In this document: positions 50,421-64,000 of the stretch, piece by piece
How the letters are laid out: each line of letters starts with the position of its first letter
Position numbering within the stretch: the stretch's first letter is position 1
Assembly (NCBI GenBank): GCA_040954595.2
Contig: CM082576.2
Location: 17,469,028 to 17,533,027 of the forward strand
DNA from: Balanoglossus misakiensis
Taxonomy: Eukaryota > Animalia > Hemichordata
Direction: 5' to 3'
DNA: 64,000 bases
Position numbers and translations under genes: made by a program
Notes under the pieces: generated by a model
Told to the model about the DNA's origin: nothing
What the model saw: only the letters and a program-made list of their open reading frames with translations
Databases searched by the model: none

Positions 50421-51603
50421 AAAGACTGCTTGAATTTCTGCGATTATTAAGCCAACGGAAGCTTCACTAACACATAGGCGTACACACAGAGCACGCGGCA
50501 CGATAATTTGTGTGCGTGGCTAGCTGATTGACCGACCCTATCTTACAATTTATATGGGAGAGAGCGGTTTTGTCTTGTTATATCCTGCAAAAAGTGACCA
50601 TCGGTGGAGAAATAATGCATGACGTGATAATTTGTGTGTGGCCGATCGACCGTCCCTGTCTTTGTACGTATGTTATGCAAAACACAGTGTTCGAAAAACG
50701 CCTGTCCGTCCGACAGTCCGAGGCTGGTTGTTTTTCCCACCACTGAGACTGGTAGAAAAAAGTGACCAGGTTGAATATTTAGGCCTAGCGTAGAGTTGAC
50801 TTGTTTGCGGTATCATATAGACGTATACGTGACCCCATCGTGACCCTGGCTGTCCGGGATAGCACCACCAACGATATCTTTTAGACCATCTTCTGTTCCT
50901 TAGGCCCCTAATTGCAATTAATTACCGTCCCTATCGTATATTGGAGAGAAAGGGTTTGTCTTGGTATGTTATGCAAAACACTTGAATGATGAATTTAAAA
51001 AAGAAAGAAATTGACGTTTATGACATCATTCAGACTAGACGTAACCTACCCCAAAAGGTCCCAATGGTATATTAACATCATACACCAAATTGGTCTTAAA
51101 AAGCCAAAAATTGAAAGCTGTTTGAATTTCTGCGACTATTAACCCAAAGGAAGCTTTAGCCTACTAACACACACACAGCACGAGAACGAACGGGTTTGTC
51201 TTGCTAAAATAGATGTTCTGCAAAATAAAATTCAAAAAATTGAATGATTATGGAATTAAGGTAGTTAGAGAAAACATGAATTTAAAGAAAAAAAGAAAAA
51301 AAATGTGAAGATTATTTAGGCCTAATAGGAAAGTTTAAAAACAACAAAAAACAACTGCTTGAATTTCTGCGACAATAAACTCAACGTAAGCCAACACTAC
51401 TCACTCCGAGCCCGACCTGGTAATTTGTATCGACCGACTATAGCTTAGGCCTATACGGGAGAGAACGGTTTATGAACTTATGTTCTACAAAAATGATCAT
51501 GAAATTAAAGAATTTGGGGGAAAAAATTAAAAAATGGACGTTTACGACGACAAAAAAGAAGCATTTTTAATGCAAAAGTTACGAAAAAAGAAAAATTGAA
51601 TTC

Positions 51604-51723
51604 AAGCCTACGGCACGTGGTATTCCCAGGCGGTCACCCATCCAAGTACTAACCACGCCCAACGCAGCTTAACTTCGGTGATCGGACGAGAACCGGTGTA
51701 TTCGACGTGGTATGGCCGTAGGC
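51604..51723 (-). rRNA. 5S rRNA: 5S rRNA copy 18
   Basis: Same as copy 1. Confidence 0.98.
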
Positions 51724-53592
51724 AAAGACTGCTTGAATTTCTGCGATTATTAAGCCAACGGAAGCTTCACTAACACATAGGCGTACACACAGAGCACGCG
51801 GCACGATAATTTGTGTGCGTGGCTAGCTGATTGACCGACCCTATCTTACAATTTATATGGGAGAGAGCGGTTTTGTCTTGTTATATCCTGCAAAAAGTGA
51901 CCATCGGTGGAGAAATAATGCATGACGTGATAATTTGTGTGTGGCCGATCGACCGTCCCTGTCTTTGTACGTATGTTATGCAAAACACAGTGTTCGAAAA
52001 ACGCCTGTCCGTCCGACAGTCCGAGGCTGGTTGTTTTTCCCACCACTGAGACTGGTAGAAAAAAGTGACCAGGTTGAATATTTAGGCCTAGCGTAGAGTT
52101 GACTTGTTTGCGGTATCATATAGACGTATACGTGACCCCATCGTGACCCTGGCTGTCCGGGATAGCACCACCAACGATATCTTTTAGACCATCTTCTGTT
52201 CCTTAGGCCCCTAATTGCAATTAATTACCGTCCCTATCGTATATTGGAGAGAAAGGGTTTGTCTTGGTATGTTATGCAAAACACTTGAATGATGAATTTA
52301 AAAAAGAAAGAAATTGACGTTTATGACATCATTCAGACTAGACGTAACCGACCCCAAAAGGTCCCAATGGTATATTAACATCATATACCAAATTGGACTT
52401 AAAAAGCCAAAAATTGAAAGCTGTTTGAATTTCTGCGACTATTAACCCAAAGGAAGCTTTAGCCTACTAACACACACACGCGGCACGATAATTTGTGTGC
52501 GTGGCCAGCTGATTGACCGACCCTATCTTACAATTTGTATGGGAGAGAGCGGTTTTGTCTTGTTATATCCTGCAAAAAGTGACCATCGGTGGAGAAATAA
52601 TGCATGATGTGATAACTTGTGTGTGGCCGATCGACCGTCCCTGTCTTTGTGTACACGTATGTTATGCAAAACACAGAGTTCGAAAAACGCCTGTCCGTCC
52701 GACAGTCCGAGGCTGGTTGTTTTTCCCACCACTGAGACTGGTAGAAAAAAGTGACCAGGTTGAATATTTAGGCCTAGCGTAGAGTTGACTTGTTTGCGGT
52801 ATCATATAGACGTATACGTGACCCCATCGTGACCCTGGCTGTCCGGGATAGCACCACCAACGATATCTTTTAGACCATCTTCTGTTCCTTAGGCCCCTAA
52901 TTGCAATTAATTACCGTCCCTATCGTATATTGGAGAGAAAGGGTTTGTCTTGGTATGTTATGCAAAACACTTGAATGATGAATTTATAAAAGAAAGAAAT
53001 TGACGTTTATGACATCATTCAGACTAGACGTAACCGACCCCAAAAGGTCCCAATGGTATATTAACATCATATACCAAATTGGACTTAAAAAGCCAAAAAT
53101 TGAAAGCTGTTTGAATTTCTGCGACTATTAACCCAAAGGAAGCTTTAGCCTACTAACACACACACAGCACGAGAACGAACGGTTTGTCTTGCTAAAATAG
53201 ATGTTCTGCAAAATAAAATTAAACAACTTGAATGATTATGGAATTAAGGTAGTTAGAGAAAACATGAATTTAAAGAAAAAAAGAAAAAAAATGTGAAGAT
53301 TATTTAGGCCTAATAGGAAAGTTTAAAAACAACAAAATGAAGACTGCTTGAATTTCTGCGACAATAAACTCAACGTAAGCCAACACTACTCACTCCGAGC
53401 CCGACCTGGTAATTTGTATCGACCGACTATAGCTTAGGCCTATACGGGAGAGAACGGTTTATGAACTTATGTTCTACAAAAATGATCATGAAATTAAAGA
53501 ATTTGGGGAAAAAAATTAAAAAATGGACGTTTACGACGACAAAAAAGAAGCATTTTTAATGCAAAAGTTACGAAAAAAGAAAAATTGAATTC

Positions 53593-53712
53593 AAGCCTAC
53601 GGCACGTGGTATTCCCAGGCGGTCACCCATCCAAGTACTAACCACGCCCAACGCAGCTTAACTTCGGTGATCGGACGAGAACCGGTGTATTCGACGTGGT
53701 ATGGCCGTAGGC
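53593..53712 (-). rRNA. 5S rRNA: 5S rRNA copy 19
   Basis: Same as copy 1. Confidence 0.98.
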
Positions 53713-54894
53713 AAAGACTGCTTGAATTTCTGCGATTATTAAGCCAACGGAAGCTTCACTAACACATAGGCGTACACACAGAGCACGCGGCACGATAATT
53801 TGTGTGCGTGGCTAGCTGATTGACCGACCCTATCTTACAATTTATATGGGAGAGAGCGGTTTTGTCTTGTTATATCCTGCAAAAAGTGACCATCGGTGGA
53901 GAAATAATGCATGACGTGATAATTTGTGTGTGGCCGATCGACCGTCCCTGTCTTTGTACGTATGTTATGCAAAACACAGTGTTCGAAAAACGCCTGTCCG
54001 TCCGACAGTCCGAGGCTGGTTGTTTTTCCCACCACTGAGACTGGTAGAAAAAAGTGACCAGGTTGAATATTTAGGCCTAGCGTAGAGTTGACTTGTTTGC
54101 GGTATCATATAGACGTATACGTGACCCCATCGTGACCCTGGCTGTCCGGGATAGCACCACCAACGATATCTTTTAGACCATCTTCTGTTCCTTAGGCCCC
54201 TAATTGCAATTAATTACCGTCCCTATCGTATATAGGAGAGAAAGGGTTTGTCTTGGTATGTTATGCAAAACACTTGAATGATGAATTTATAAAAGAAAGA
54301 AATTGACGTTTATGACATCATTCAGACTAGACGTAACCGACCCCAAAAGGTCCCAATGGTATATTAACATCATATACCAAATTGGACTTAAAAAGCCAAA
54401 AATTGAAAGCTGTTTGAATTTCTGCGACTATTAACCCAAAGGAAGCTTTAGCCTACTAACACACACACAGCACGAGAACGAACGGTTTGTCTTGCTAAAA
54501 TAGATGTTCTGCAAAATAAAATTAAACAACTTGAATGATTATGGAATTAAGGTAGTTAGAGAAAACATGAATTTAAAGAAAAAAAGAAAAAAAATGTGAA
54601 GATTATTTAGGCCTAATAGGAAAGTTTAAAAACAACAAAAAACAACTGCTTGAATTTCTGCGACAATAAACTCAACGTAAGCCAACACTACTCACTCCGA
54701 GCCCGACCTGGTAATTTGTATCGACCGACTATAGCTTAGGCCTATACGGGAGAGAACGGTTTATGAACTTATGTTCTACAAAAATGATCATGAAATTAAA
54801 GAATTTGGGGGAATAAATTAAAAAATGGACGTTTACGACGACAAAAAAGAAGCATTTTTAATGCAAAAGTTACGAAAAAAGAAAAATTGAATTC

Positions 54895-55014
54895 AAGCCT
54901 ACGGCACGTGGTATTCCCAGGCGGTCACCCATCCAAGTACTAACCACGCCCAACGCAGCTTAACTTCGGTGATCGGACGAGAACCGGTGTATTCGACGTG
55001 GTATGGCCGTAGGC
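54895..55014 (-). rRNA. 5S rRNA: 5S rRNA copy 20
   Basis: Same as copy 1. Confidence 0.98.
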
Positions 55015-56197
55015 AAAGACTGCTTGAATTTCTGCGATTATTAAGCCAACGGAAGCTTCACTAACACATAGGCGTACACACAGAGCATGCGGCACGATAA
55101 TTTGTGTGCGTGGCTAGCTGATTGACCGACCCTATCTTACAATTTATATGGGAGAGAGCGGTTTTGTCTTGTTATATCCTGCAAAAAGTGACCATCGGTG
55201 GAGAAATAATGCATGACGTGATAATTTGTGTGTGGCCGATCGACCGTCCCTGTCTTTGTACGTATGTTATGCAAAACACAGTGTTCGAAAAACGCCTGTC
55301 CGTCCGACAGTCCGAGGCTGGTTGTTTTTCCCACCACTGAGACTGGTAGAAAAAAGTGACCAGGTTGAATATTTAGGCCTAGCGTAGAGTTGACTTGTTT
55401 GCGGTATCATATAGACGTATACGTGACCCCATCGTGACCCTGGCTGTCCGGGATAGCACCACCAACGATATCTTTTAGACCATCTTCTGTTCCTTAGGCC
55501 CCTAATTGCAATTAATTACCGTCCCTATCGTATATTGGAGAGAAAGGGTTTGTCTTGGTATGTTATGCAAAACACTTGAATGATGAATTTATAAAAGAAA
55601 GAAATTGACGTTTATGACATCATTCAGACTAGACGTAACCTACCCCAAAAGGTACCAATGGTATATTAACATCATATACCAAATTGGACTTAAAAAGCCA
55701 AAAATTGAAAGCTGTTTGAATTTCTGCGACTATTAACCCAAAGGAAGCTTTAGCCTACTAACACACACACAGCACGAGAACGAACGGTTTGTCTTGCTAA
55801 AATAGATGTTCTGCAAAATAAAATTAAACAACTTGAATGATTATGGAATTAAGGTAGTTAGAGAAAACATGAATTTAAAGAAAAAAAGAAAAAAAATGTG
55901 AAGATTATTTAGGCCTAATAGGAAAGTTTAAAAACAACAAAATGAAGACTGCTTGAATTTCTGCGACAATAAACTCAACGTAAGCCAACACTACTCACTC
56001 CGAGCCCGACCTGGTAATTTGTATCGACCGACTATAGCTTAGGCCTATACGGGAGAGAACGGTTTATGAACTTATGTTCTACAAAAATGATCATGAAATT
56101 AAAGAATTTGGGGAAAAAAATTAAAAAATGGACGTTTACGACGACAAAAAAGAAGCATTTTTAATGCAAAAGTTACGAAAAAAGAAAAATTGAATTC

Positions 56198-56317
56198 AAG
56201 CCTACGGCACGTGGTATTCCCAGGCGGTCACCCATCCAAGTACTAACCACGCCCAACGCAGCTTAACTTCGGTGATCGGACGAGAACCGGTGTATTCGAC
56301 GTGGTATGGCCGTAGGC
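56198..56317 (-). rRNA. 5S rRNA: 5S rRNA copy 21
   Basis: Same as copy 1. Confidence 0.98.
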
Positions 56318-57500
56318 AAAGACTGCTTGAATTTCTGCGATTATTAAGCCAACGGAAGCTTCACTAACACATAGGCGTACACACAGAGCACGCGGCACGA
56401 TAATTTGTGTGCGTGGCTAGCTGATTGACCGACCCTATCTTACAATTTATATGGGAGAGAGCGGTTTTGTCTTGTTATATCCTGCAAAAAGTGACCATCG
56501 GTGGAGAAATAATGCATGACGTGATAATTTGTGTGTGGCCGATCGACCGTCCCTGTCTTTGTACGTATGTTATGCAAAACACAGTGTTCGAAAAACGCCT
56601 GTCCGTCCGACAGTCCGAGGCTGGTTGTTTTTCCCACCACTGAGACTGGTAGAAAAAAGTGACCAGGTTGAATATTTAGGCCTAGCGTAGAGTTGACTTG
56701 TTTGCGGTATCATATAGACGTATACGTGACCCCATCGTGACCCCGGCTGTCCGGGATTGCACCACCAACGATATCTTTTAGACCATCTTCTGTTCCTTAG
56801 GCCCCTAATTGCAATTAATTACCGTCCCTATCGTATATTGGAGAGAAAGGGTTTGTCTTGGTATGTTATGCAAAACACTTGAATGATGAATTTATAAAAG
56901 AAAGAAATTGACGTTTATGACATCATTCAGACTAGACGTAACCGACCCCAAAAGGTCCCAATGGTATATTAACATCATATACCAAATTGGACTTAAAAAG
57001 CCAAAAATTGAAAGCTGTTTGAATTTCTGCGACTATTAACCCAAAGGAAGCTTTAGCCTACTAACACACACACAGCACGAGAACGAACGGTTTGTCTTGC
57101 TAAAATAGATGTTCTGCAAAATAAAATTAAACAACTTGAATGATTATGGAATTAAGGTAGTTAGAGAAAACATGAATTTAAAGAAAAAAAGAAAAAAAAT
57201 GTGAAGATTATTTAGGCCTAATAGGAAAGTTTAAAAACAACAAAATGAAGACTGCTTGAATTTCTGCGACAATAAACTCAACGTAAGCCAACACTACTCA
57301 CTCCGAGCCCGACCTGGTAATTTGTATCGACCGACTATAGCTTAGGCCTATACGGGAGAGAACGGTTTATGAACTTATGTTCTACAAAAATGATCATGAA
57401 ATTAAAGAATTTGGGGAAAAAAATTAAAAAATGGACGTTTACGACGACAAAAAAGAAGCATTTTTAATGCAAAAGTTACGAAAAAAGAAAAATTGAATTC

Positions 57501-57620
57501 AAGCCTACGGCACGTGGTATTCCCAGGCGGTCACCCATCCAAGTACTAACCACGCCCAACGCAGCTTAACTTCGGTGATCGGACGAGAACCGGTGTATTC
57601 GACGTGGTATGGCCGTAGGC
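57501..57620 (-). rRNA. 5S rRNA: 5S rRNA copy 22
   Basis: Same as copy 1. Confidence 0.98.
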
Positions 57621-58806
57621 AAAGACTGCTTGAATTTCTGCGATTATTAAGCCAACGGAAGCTTCACTAACACATAGGCGTACACACAGAGCACGCGGCA
57701 CGATAATTTGTGTGCGTGGCTAGCTGATTGACCGACCCTATCTTACAATTTATATGGGAGAGAGCGGTTTTGTCTTGTTATATCCTGCAAAAAGTGACCA
57801 TCGGTGGAGAAATAATGCATGACGTGATAACTTGTGTGTGGCCGATCGACCGTCCCTGTCTTTGTGTACACGTATGTTATGCAAAACACAGTGTTCGAAA
57901 AACGCCTGTCCGTCCGACAGTCCGAGGCTGGTTGTTTTTCCCACCACTGAGACTGGTAGAAAAAAGTGACCAGGTTGAATATTTAGGCCTAGCGTAGAGT
58001 TGACTTGTTTGCGGTATCATATAGACGTATACGTGACCCCATCGTGACCCTGGCTGTCCGGGATAGCACCACCAACGATATCTTTTAGACCATCTTCTGT
58101 TCCTTAGGCCCCTAATTGCAATTAATTACCGTCCCTATCGTATATTGGAGAGAAAGGGTTTGTCTTGGTATGTTATGCAAAACACTTGAATGATGAATTT
58201 ATAAAAGAAAGAAATTGACGTTTATGACATCATTCAGACTAGACGTAACCGACCCCAAAAGGTCCCAATGGTATATTAACATCATATACCAAATTGGACT
58301 TAAAAAGCCAAAAATTGAAAGCTGTTTGAATTTCTGCGACTATTAACCCAAAGGAAGCTTTAGCCTACTAACACACACACAGCACGAGAACGAACGGTTT
58401 GTCTTGCTAAAATAGATGTTCTGCAAAATAAAATTAAACAACTTGAATGATTATGGAATTAAGGTAGTTAGAGAAAACATGAATTTAAAGAAAAAAAGAA
58501 AAAAAATGTGAAGATTATTTAGGCCTAATAGGAAAGTTTAAAAACAACAAAAAACAACTGCTTGAATTTCTGCGACAATAAACTCAACGTAAGCCAACAC
58601 TACTCACTCCGAGCCCGACCTGGTAATTTGTATCGACCGACTATAGCTTAGGCCTATACGGGAGAGAACGGTTTATGAACTTATGTTCTACAAAAATGAT
58701 CATGAAATTAAAGAATTTGGGGAAAAAAATTAAAAAATGGACGTTTACGACGACAAAAAAGAAGCATTTTTAATGCAAAAGTTACGAAAAAAGAAAAATT
58801 GAATTC

Positions 58807-58926
58807 AAGCCTATGGCACGTGGTATTCCCAGGCGGTCACCCATCCAAGTACTAACCACGCCCAAAGCAGCTTAACTTCGGTGATCGGACGAGAACCGGT
58901 GTATTCGACGTGGTATGGCCGTAGGC
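58807..58926 (-). rRNA. 5S rRNA: 5S rRNA copy 23 (G61U + G113A variant)
   Basis: cctaTgg at 58814 and cccaaAg. Confidence 0.93.
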
Positions 58927-60109
58927 AAAGACTGCTTGAATTTCTGCGATTATTAAGCCAACGGAAGCTTCACTAACACATAGGCGTACACACAGAGCAT
59001 GCGGCACGATAATTTGTGTGCGTGGCTAGCTGATTGACCGACCCTATCTTACAATTTATATGGGAGAGAGCGGTTTTGTCTTGTTATATCCTGCAAAAAG
59101 TGACCATCGGTGGAGAAATAATGCATGACGTGATAATTTGTGTATGGCCGATCGACCGTCCCTGTCTTTGTACGTATGTTATGCAAAACACAGTGTTCGA
59201 AAAACGCCTGTCCGTCCGACAGTCCGAGGTTGGTTGTTTTTCCCACCACTGAGACTGGTAGAAAAAAGTGACCAGGTTGAATATTTAGGCCTAGCGTAGA
59301 GTTGACTTGTTTGCGGTATCATATAGACGTATACGTGACCCCATCGTGACCCTGGCTGTCCGGGATAGCACCACCAACGATATCTTTTAGACCATCTTCT
59401 GTTCCTTAGGCCCCTAATTGCAATTAATTACCGTCCCTATCGTATATTGGAGAGAAAGGGTTTGTCTTGGTATGTTATGCAAAACACTTGAATGATGAAT
59501 TTATAAAAGAAAGAAATTGACGTTTATGACATCATTCAGACTAGACGTAACCGACCCCAAAAGGTCCCAATGGTATATTAACATCATATACCAAATTGGA
59601 CTTAAAAAGCCAAAAATTGAAAGCTGTTTGAATTTCTGCGACTATTAACCCAAAGGAAGCTTTAGCCTACTAACACACACACAGCACGAGAACGAACGGT
59701 TTGTCTTGCTAAAATAGATGTTCTGCAAAATAAAATTAAACAACTTGAATGATTATGGAATTAAGGTAGTTAGAGAAAACATGAATTTAAAGAAAAAAAG
59801 AAAAAAAATGTGAAGATTATTTAGGCCTAATAGGAAAGTTTAAAAACAACAAAATGAAGACTGCTTGAATTTCTGCGACAATAAACTCAACGTAAGCCAA
59901 CACTACTCACTCCGAGCCCGACCTGGTAATTTGTATCGACCGACTATAGCTTAGGCCTATACGGGAGAGAACGGTTTATGAACTTATGTTCTACAAAAAT
60001 GATCATGAAATTAAAGAATTTGGGGAAAAAAATTAAAAAATGGACGTTTACGACGACAAAAAAGAAGCATTTTTAATGCAAAAGTTACGAAAAAAGAAAA
60101 ATTGAATTC

Positions 60110-60229
60110 AAGCCTACGGCACGTGGTATTCCCAGGCGGTCACCCATCCAAGTACTAACCACGCCCAACGCAGCTTAACTTCGGTGATCGGACGAGAACC
60201 GGTGTATTCGACGTGGTATGGCCGTAGGC
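60110..60229 (-). rRNA. 5S rRNA: 5S rRNA copy 24 (11-bp upstream deletion)
   Basis: Gene same as copy 1; flank reads gaattt|aagcc. Confidence 0.97.
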
Positions 60230-61404
60230 AAAGACTGCTTGAATTTAAGCCAACGGAAGCTTCACTAACACATAGGCGTACACACAGAGCACGCGGCACG
60301 ATAATTTGTGTGCGTGGCTAGCTGATTGACCGACCCTATCTTACAATTTATATGGGAGAGAGCGGTTTTGTCTTGTTATATCCTGCAAAAAGTGACCATC
60401 GGTGGAGAAATAATGCATGACGTGATAATTTGTGTGTGGCCGATCGACCGTCCCTGTCTTTGTACGTATGTTATGCAAAACACAGTGTTCGAAAAACGCC
60501 TGTCCGTCCGACAGTCCGAGGCTGGTTGTTTTTCCCACCACTGAGACTGGTAGAAAAAAGTGACCAGGTTGAATATTTAGGCCTAGCGTAGAGTTGACTT
60601 GTTTGCGGTATCATATAGACGTATACGTGACCCCATCGTGACCCTGGCTGTCCGGGATAGCACCACCAACGATATCTTTTAGACCATCTTCTGTTCCTTA
60701 GGCCCCTAATTGCAATTAATTACCGTCCCTATCGTATATTGGAGAGAAAAGGTTTGTCTTGGTATGTTATGCAAAACACTTGAATGATGAATTTAAAAAA
60801 GAAAGAAATTGACGTTTATGACATCATTCAGACTAGACGTAACCGACCCCAAAAGGTCCCAATGGTATATTAACATCATACACCAAATTGGACTTAAAAA
60901 GCCAAAAATTGAAAGCTGTTTGAATTTCTGCGACTATTAACCCAAAGGAAGCTTTAGCCTACTAACACACACACAGCACGAGAACGAACGGGTTTGTCTT
61001 GCTAAAATAGATGTTCTGCAAAATAAAATTAAAAAAAATTGAATGATTATGGAATTAAGGTAGTTAGAGAAAACATGAATTTAAAGAAAAAAAAGAAAAA
61101 AAATGTGAAGATTATTTAGGCCTAATAGGAAAGTTTAAAAACAACAAAATGAAGACTGCTTGAATTTCTGCGACAATAAACTCAACGTAAGCCAACACTA
61201 CTCACTCCGAGCCCGACCTGGTAATTTGTATCGACCGACTATAGCTTAGGCCTATACGGGAGAGAACGGTTTATGAACTTATGTTCTACAAAAATGATCA
61301 TGAAATTAAAGAATTTGGGGAAAAAAATTAAAAAATGGACGTTTACGACGACAAAAAAGAAGCATTTTTAATGCAAAAGTTACGAAAAAAGAAAAATTGA
61401 ATTC

Positions 61405-61465
61405 AAGCCTACGGCACGTGGTATTCCCAGGCGGTCACCCATCCAAGTACTAACCACGCCCAAAG

Positions 61466-61496
<31 letters not shown>

Positions 61497-61524
61497 GTGT
61501 ATTCGACGTGGTATGGCCGTAGGC
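61405..61524 (-). rRNA. 5S rRNA: 5S rRNA copy 25 (G61U + G59C variant)
   Basis: cccaaAgGagct instead of cccaaCgCagct. Confidence 0.93.
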
Positions 61525-62707
61525 AAAGACTGCTTGAATTTCTGCGATTATTAAGCCAACGGAAGCTTCACTAACACATAGGCGTACACACAGAGCATGC
61601 GGCACGATAATTTGTGTGCGTGGCTAGCTGATTGACCGACCCTATCTTACAATTTATATGGGAGAGAGCGGTTTTGTCTTGTTATATCCTGCAAAAAGTG
61701 ACCATCGGTGGAGAAATAATGCATGACGTGATAATTTGTGTATGGCCGATCGACCGTCCCTGTCTTTGTACGTATGTTATGCAAAACACAGTGTTCGAAA
61801 AACGCCTGTCCGTCCGACAGTCCGAGGTTGGTTGTTTTTCCCACCACTGAGACTGGTAGAAAAAAGTGACCAGGTTGAATATTTAGGCCTAGCGTAGAGT
61901 TGACTTGTTTGCGGTATCATATAGACGTATACGTGACCCCATCGTGACCCTGGCTGTCCGGGATAGCACCACCAACGATATCTTTTAGACCATCTTCTGT
62001 TCCTTAGGCCCCTAATTGCAATTAATTACCGTGCCTATCGTATATTGGAGAGAAAGGGTTTGTCTTGGTATGTTATGCAAAACACTTGAATGATGAATTT
62101 ATAAAAGAAAGAAATTGACGTTTATGACATCATTCAGACTAGACGTAACCGACCCCAAAAGGTCCCAATGGTATATTAACATCATATACCAAATTGGACT
62201 TAAAAAGCCAAAAATTGAAAGCTGTTTGAATTTCTGCGACTATTAACCCAAAGGAAGCTTTAGCCTACTAACACACACACAGCACGAGAACGAACGGTTT
62301 GTCTTGCTAAAATAGATGTTCTGCAAAATAAAATTAAACAACTTGAATGATTATGGAATTAAGGTAGTTAGAGAAAACATGAATTTAAAGAAAAAAAGAA
62401 AAAAAATGTGAAGATTATTTAGGCCTAATAGGAAAGTTTAAAAACAACAAAATGAAGACTGCTTGAATTTCTGCGACAATAAACTCAACGTAAGCCAACA
62501 CTACTCACTCCGAGCCCGACCTGGTAATTTGTATCGACCGACTATAGCTTAGGCCTATACGGGAGAGAACGGTTTATGAACTTATGTTCTACAAAAATGA
62601 TCATGAAATTAAAGAATTTGGGGAAAAAAATTAAAAAATGGACGTTTACGACGACAAAAAAGAAGCATTTTTAATGCAAAAGTTACGAAAAAAGAAAAAT
62701 TGAATTC

Positions 62708-62827
62708 AAGCCTACGGCACGTGGTATTCCCAGGCGGTCACCCATCCAAGTACTAACCACGCCCAACGCAGCTTAACTTCGGTGATCGGACGAGAACCGG
62801 TGTATTCGACGTGGTATGGCCGTAGGC
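62708..62827 (-). rRNA. 5S rRNA: 5S rRNA copy 26 (11-bp upstream deletion)
   Basis: Gene same as copy 1; flank reads gaattt|aagcc. Confidence 0.97.
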
Positions 62828-64000
62828 AAAGACTGCTTGAATTTAAGCCAACGGAAGCTTCACTAACACATAGGCGTACACACAGAGCACGCGGCACGAT
62901 AATTTGTGTGCGTGGCTAGCTGATTGACCGACCCTATCTTACAATTTATATGGGAGAGAGCGGTTTTGTCTTGTTATATCCTGCAAAAAGTGACCATCGG
63001 TGGAGAAATAATGCATGACGTGATAATTTGTGTGTGGCCGATCGACCGTCCCTGTCTTTGTACGTATGTTATGCAAAACACAGTGTTCGAAAAACGCCTG
63101 TCCGTCCGACAGTCCGAGGCTGGTTGTTTTTCCCACCACTGAGACTGGTAGAAAAAAGTGACCAGGTTGAATATTTAGGCCTAGCGTAGAGTTGACTTGT
63201 TTGCGGTATCATATAGACGTATACGTGACCCCATCGTGACCCTGGCTGTCCGGGATAGCACCACCAACGATATCTTTTAGACCATCTTCTGTTCCTTAGG
63301 CCCCTAATTGCAATTAATTACCGTCCCTATCGTATATTGGAGAGAAAAGGTTTGTCTTGGTATGTTATGCAAAACACTTGAATGATGAATTTAAAAAAGA
63401 AAGAAATTGACGTTTATGACATCATTCAGACTAGACGTAACCGACCCCAAAAGGTCCCAATGGTATATTAACATCATACACCAAATTGGACTTAAAAAGC
63501 CAAAAATTGAAAGCTGTTTGAATTTCTGCGACTATTAACCCAAAGGAAGCTTTAGCCTACTAACACACACACAGCACGAGAACGAACGGGTTTGTCTTGC
63601 TAAAATAGATGTTCTGCAAAATAAAATTAAAAAAAATTGAATGATTATGGAATTAAGGTAGTTAGAGAAAACATGAATTTAAAGAAAAAAAAGAAAAAAA
63701 ATGTGAAGATTATTTAGGCCTAATAGGAAAGTTTAAAAACAACAAAATGAAGACTGCTTGAATTTCTGCGACAATAAACTCAACGTAAGCCAACACTACT
63801 CACTCCGAGCCCGACCTGGTAATTTGTATCGACCGACTATAGCTTAGGCCTATACGGGAGAGAACGGTTTATGAACTTATGTTCTACAAAAATGATCATG
63901 AAATTAAAGAATTTGGGGAAAAAAATTAAAAAATGGACGTTTACGACGACAAAAAAGAAGCATTTTTAATGCAAAAGTTACGAAAAAAGAAAAATTGAAT

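Larger units (their letters stand above)
29263..64000 (-). repeat. 5S rDNA tandem array, ~1303-bp unit, 26 complete genes, continuing beyond the window
   Basis: Near-identical units at 1285-1375 bp spacing plus one 682-bp geneless unit; the window ends in the terminator region of the next gene. Confidence 0.99.

Noticed and set aside
60114-60299. 61-aa ORF MPRALCVRL..GWVTAWEYHVP (also 62712-62897)
   Set aside because: Translation of the 5S gene itself, opened by the 11-bp upstream deletion.
29610-63142. Repeated 66-95 aa ORFs (MTDPILQF.., MVGKTTS..) in every array unit
   Set aside because: They lie in the 5S spacer, start at non-ATG codons, are frameshifted by a common 4-bp indel between units and show no protein motif.
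29263-64000. CRISPR-like or prokaryotic repeat interpretation
   Set aside because: Units are 1.3 kb with near-identical spacers and a eukaryotic 5S gene; the locus has spliceosomal introns.

Overview
Eukaryotic genomic DNA, probably a marine invertebrate deuterostome (inferred from intron style, transposon repertoire and 5S sequence). Three zones. (1) 1-14.1 kb: the last four coding exons of a xanthine dehydrogenase gene (+ strand), with introns full of transposon debris: LINE fragments, a dead pogo-type DDE transposase, a Tigger/Academ chimera, two Crypton-type elements with long terminal hairpins, and MITEs. (2) 15.4-28.7 kb: a resolvable nest of transposons. A Helentron-type non-autonomous element (HINE) contains two TTAA-flanked Kolobok-like elements. 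One of these holds a 5.3-kb Academ-like element with ~1.5-kb TIRs; the other holds a second HINE of the same family. (3) 29.2 kb to the window end: the edge of a 5S rDNA tandem array with 26 complete 120-nt genes on the - strand and a ~1.30-kb unit. Each unit looks like a decayed trimer with two empty 5S slots and carries a captured HINE 5' end. All copies share a helix II C20.U58 mismatch and an 8-nt trailer before the Pol III terminator. The array also shows a 5S-less unit, promoter-deletion units and 2- and 4-unit higher-order duplications. Nearly all short ORFs after 14 kb are spurious. No searches were run; family names come from motif recognition.
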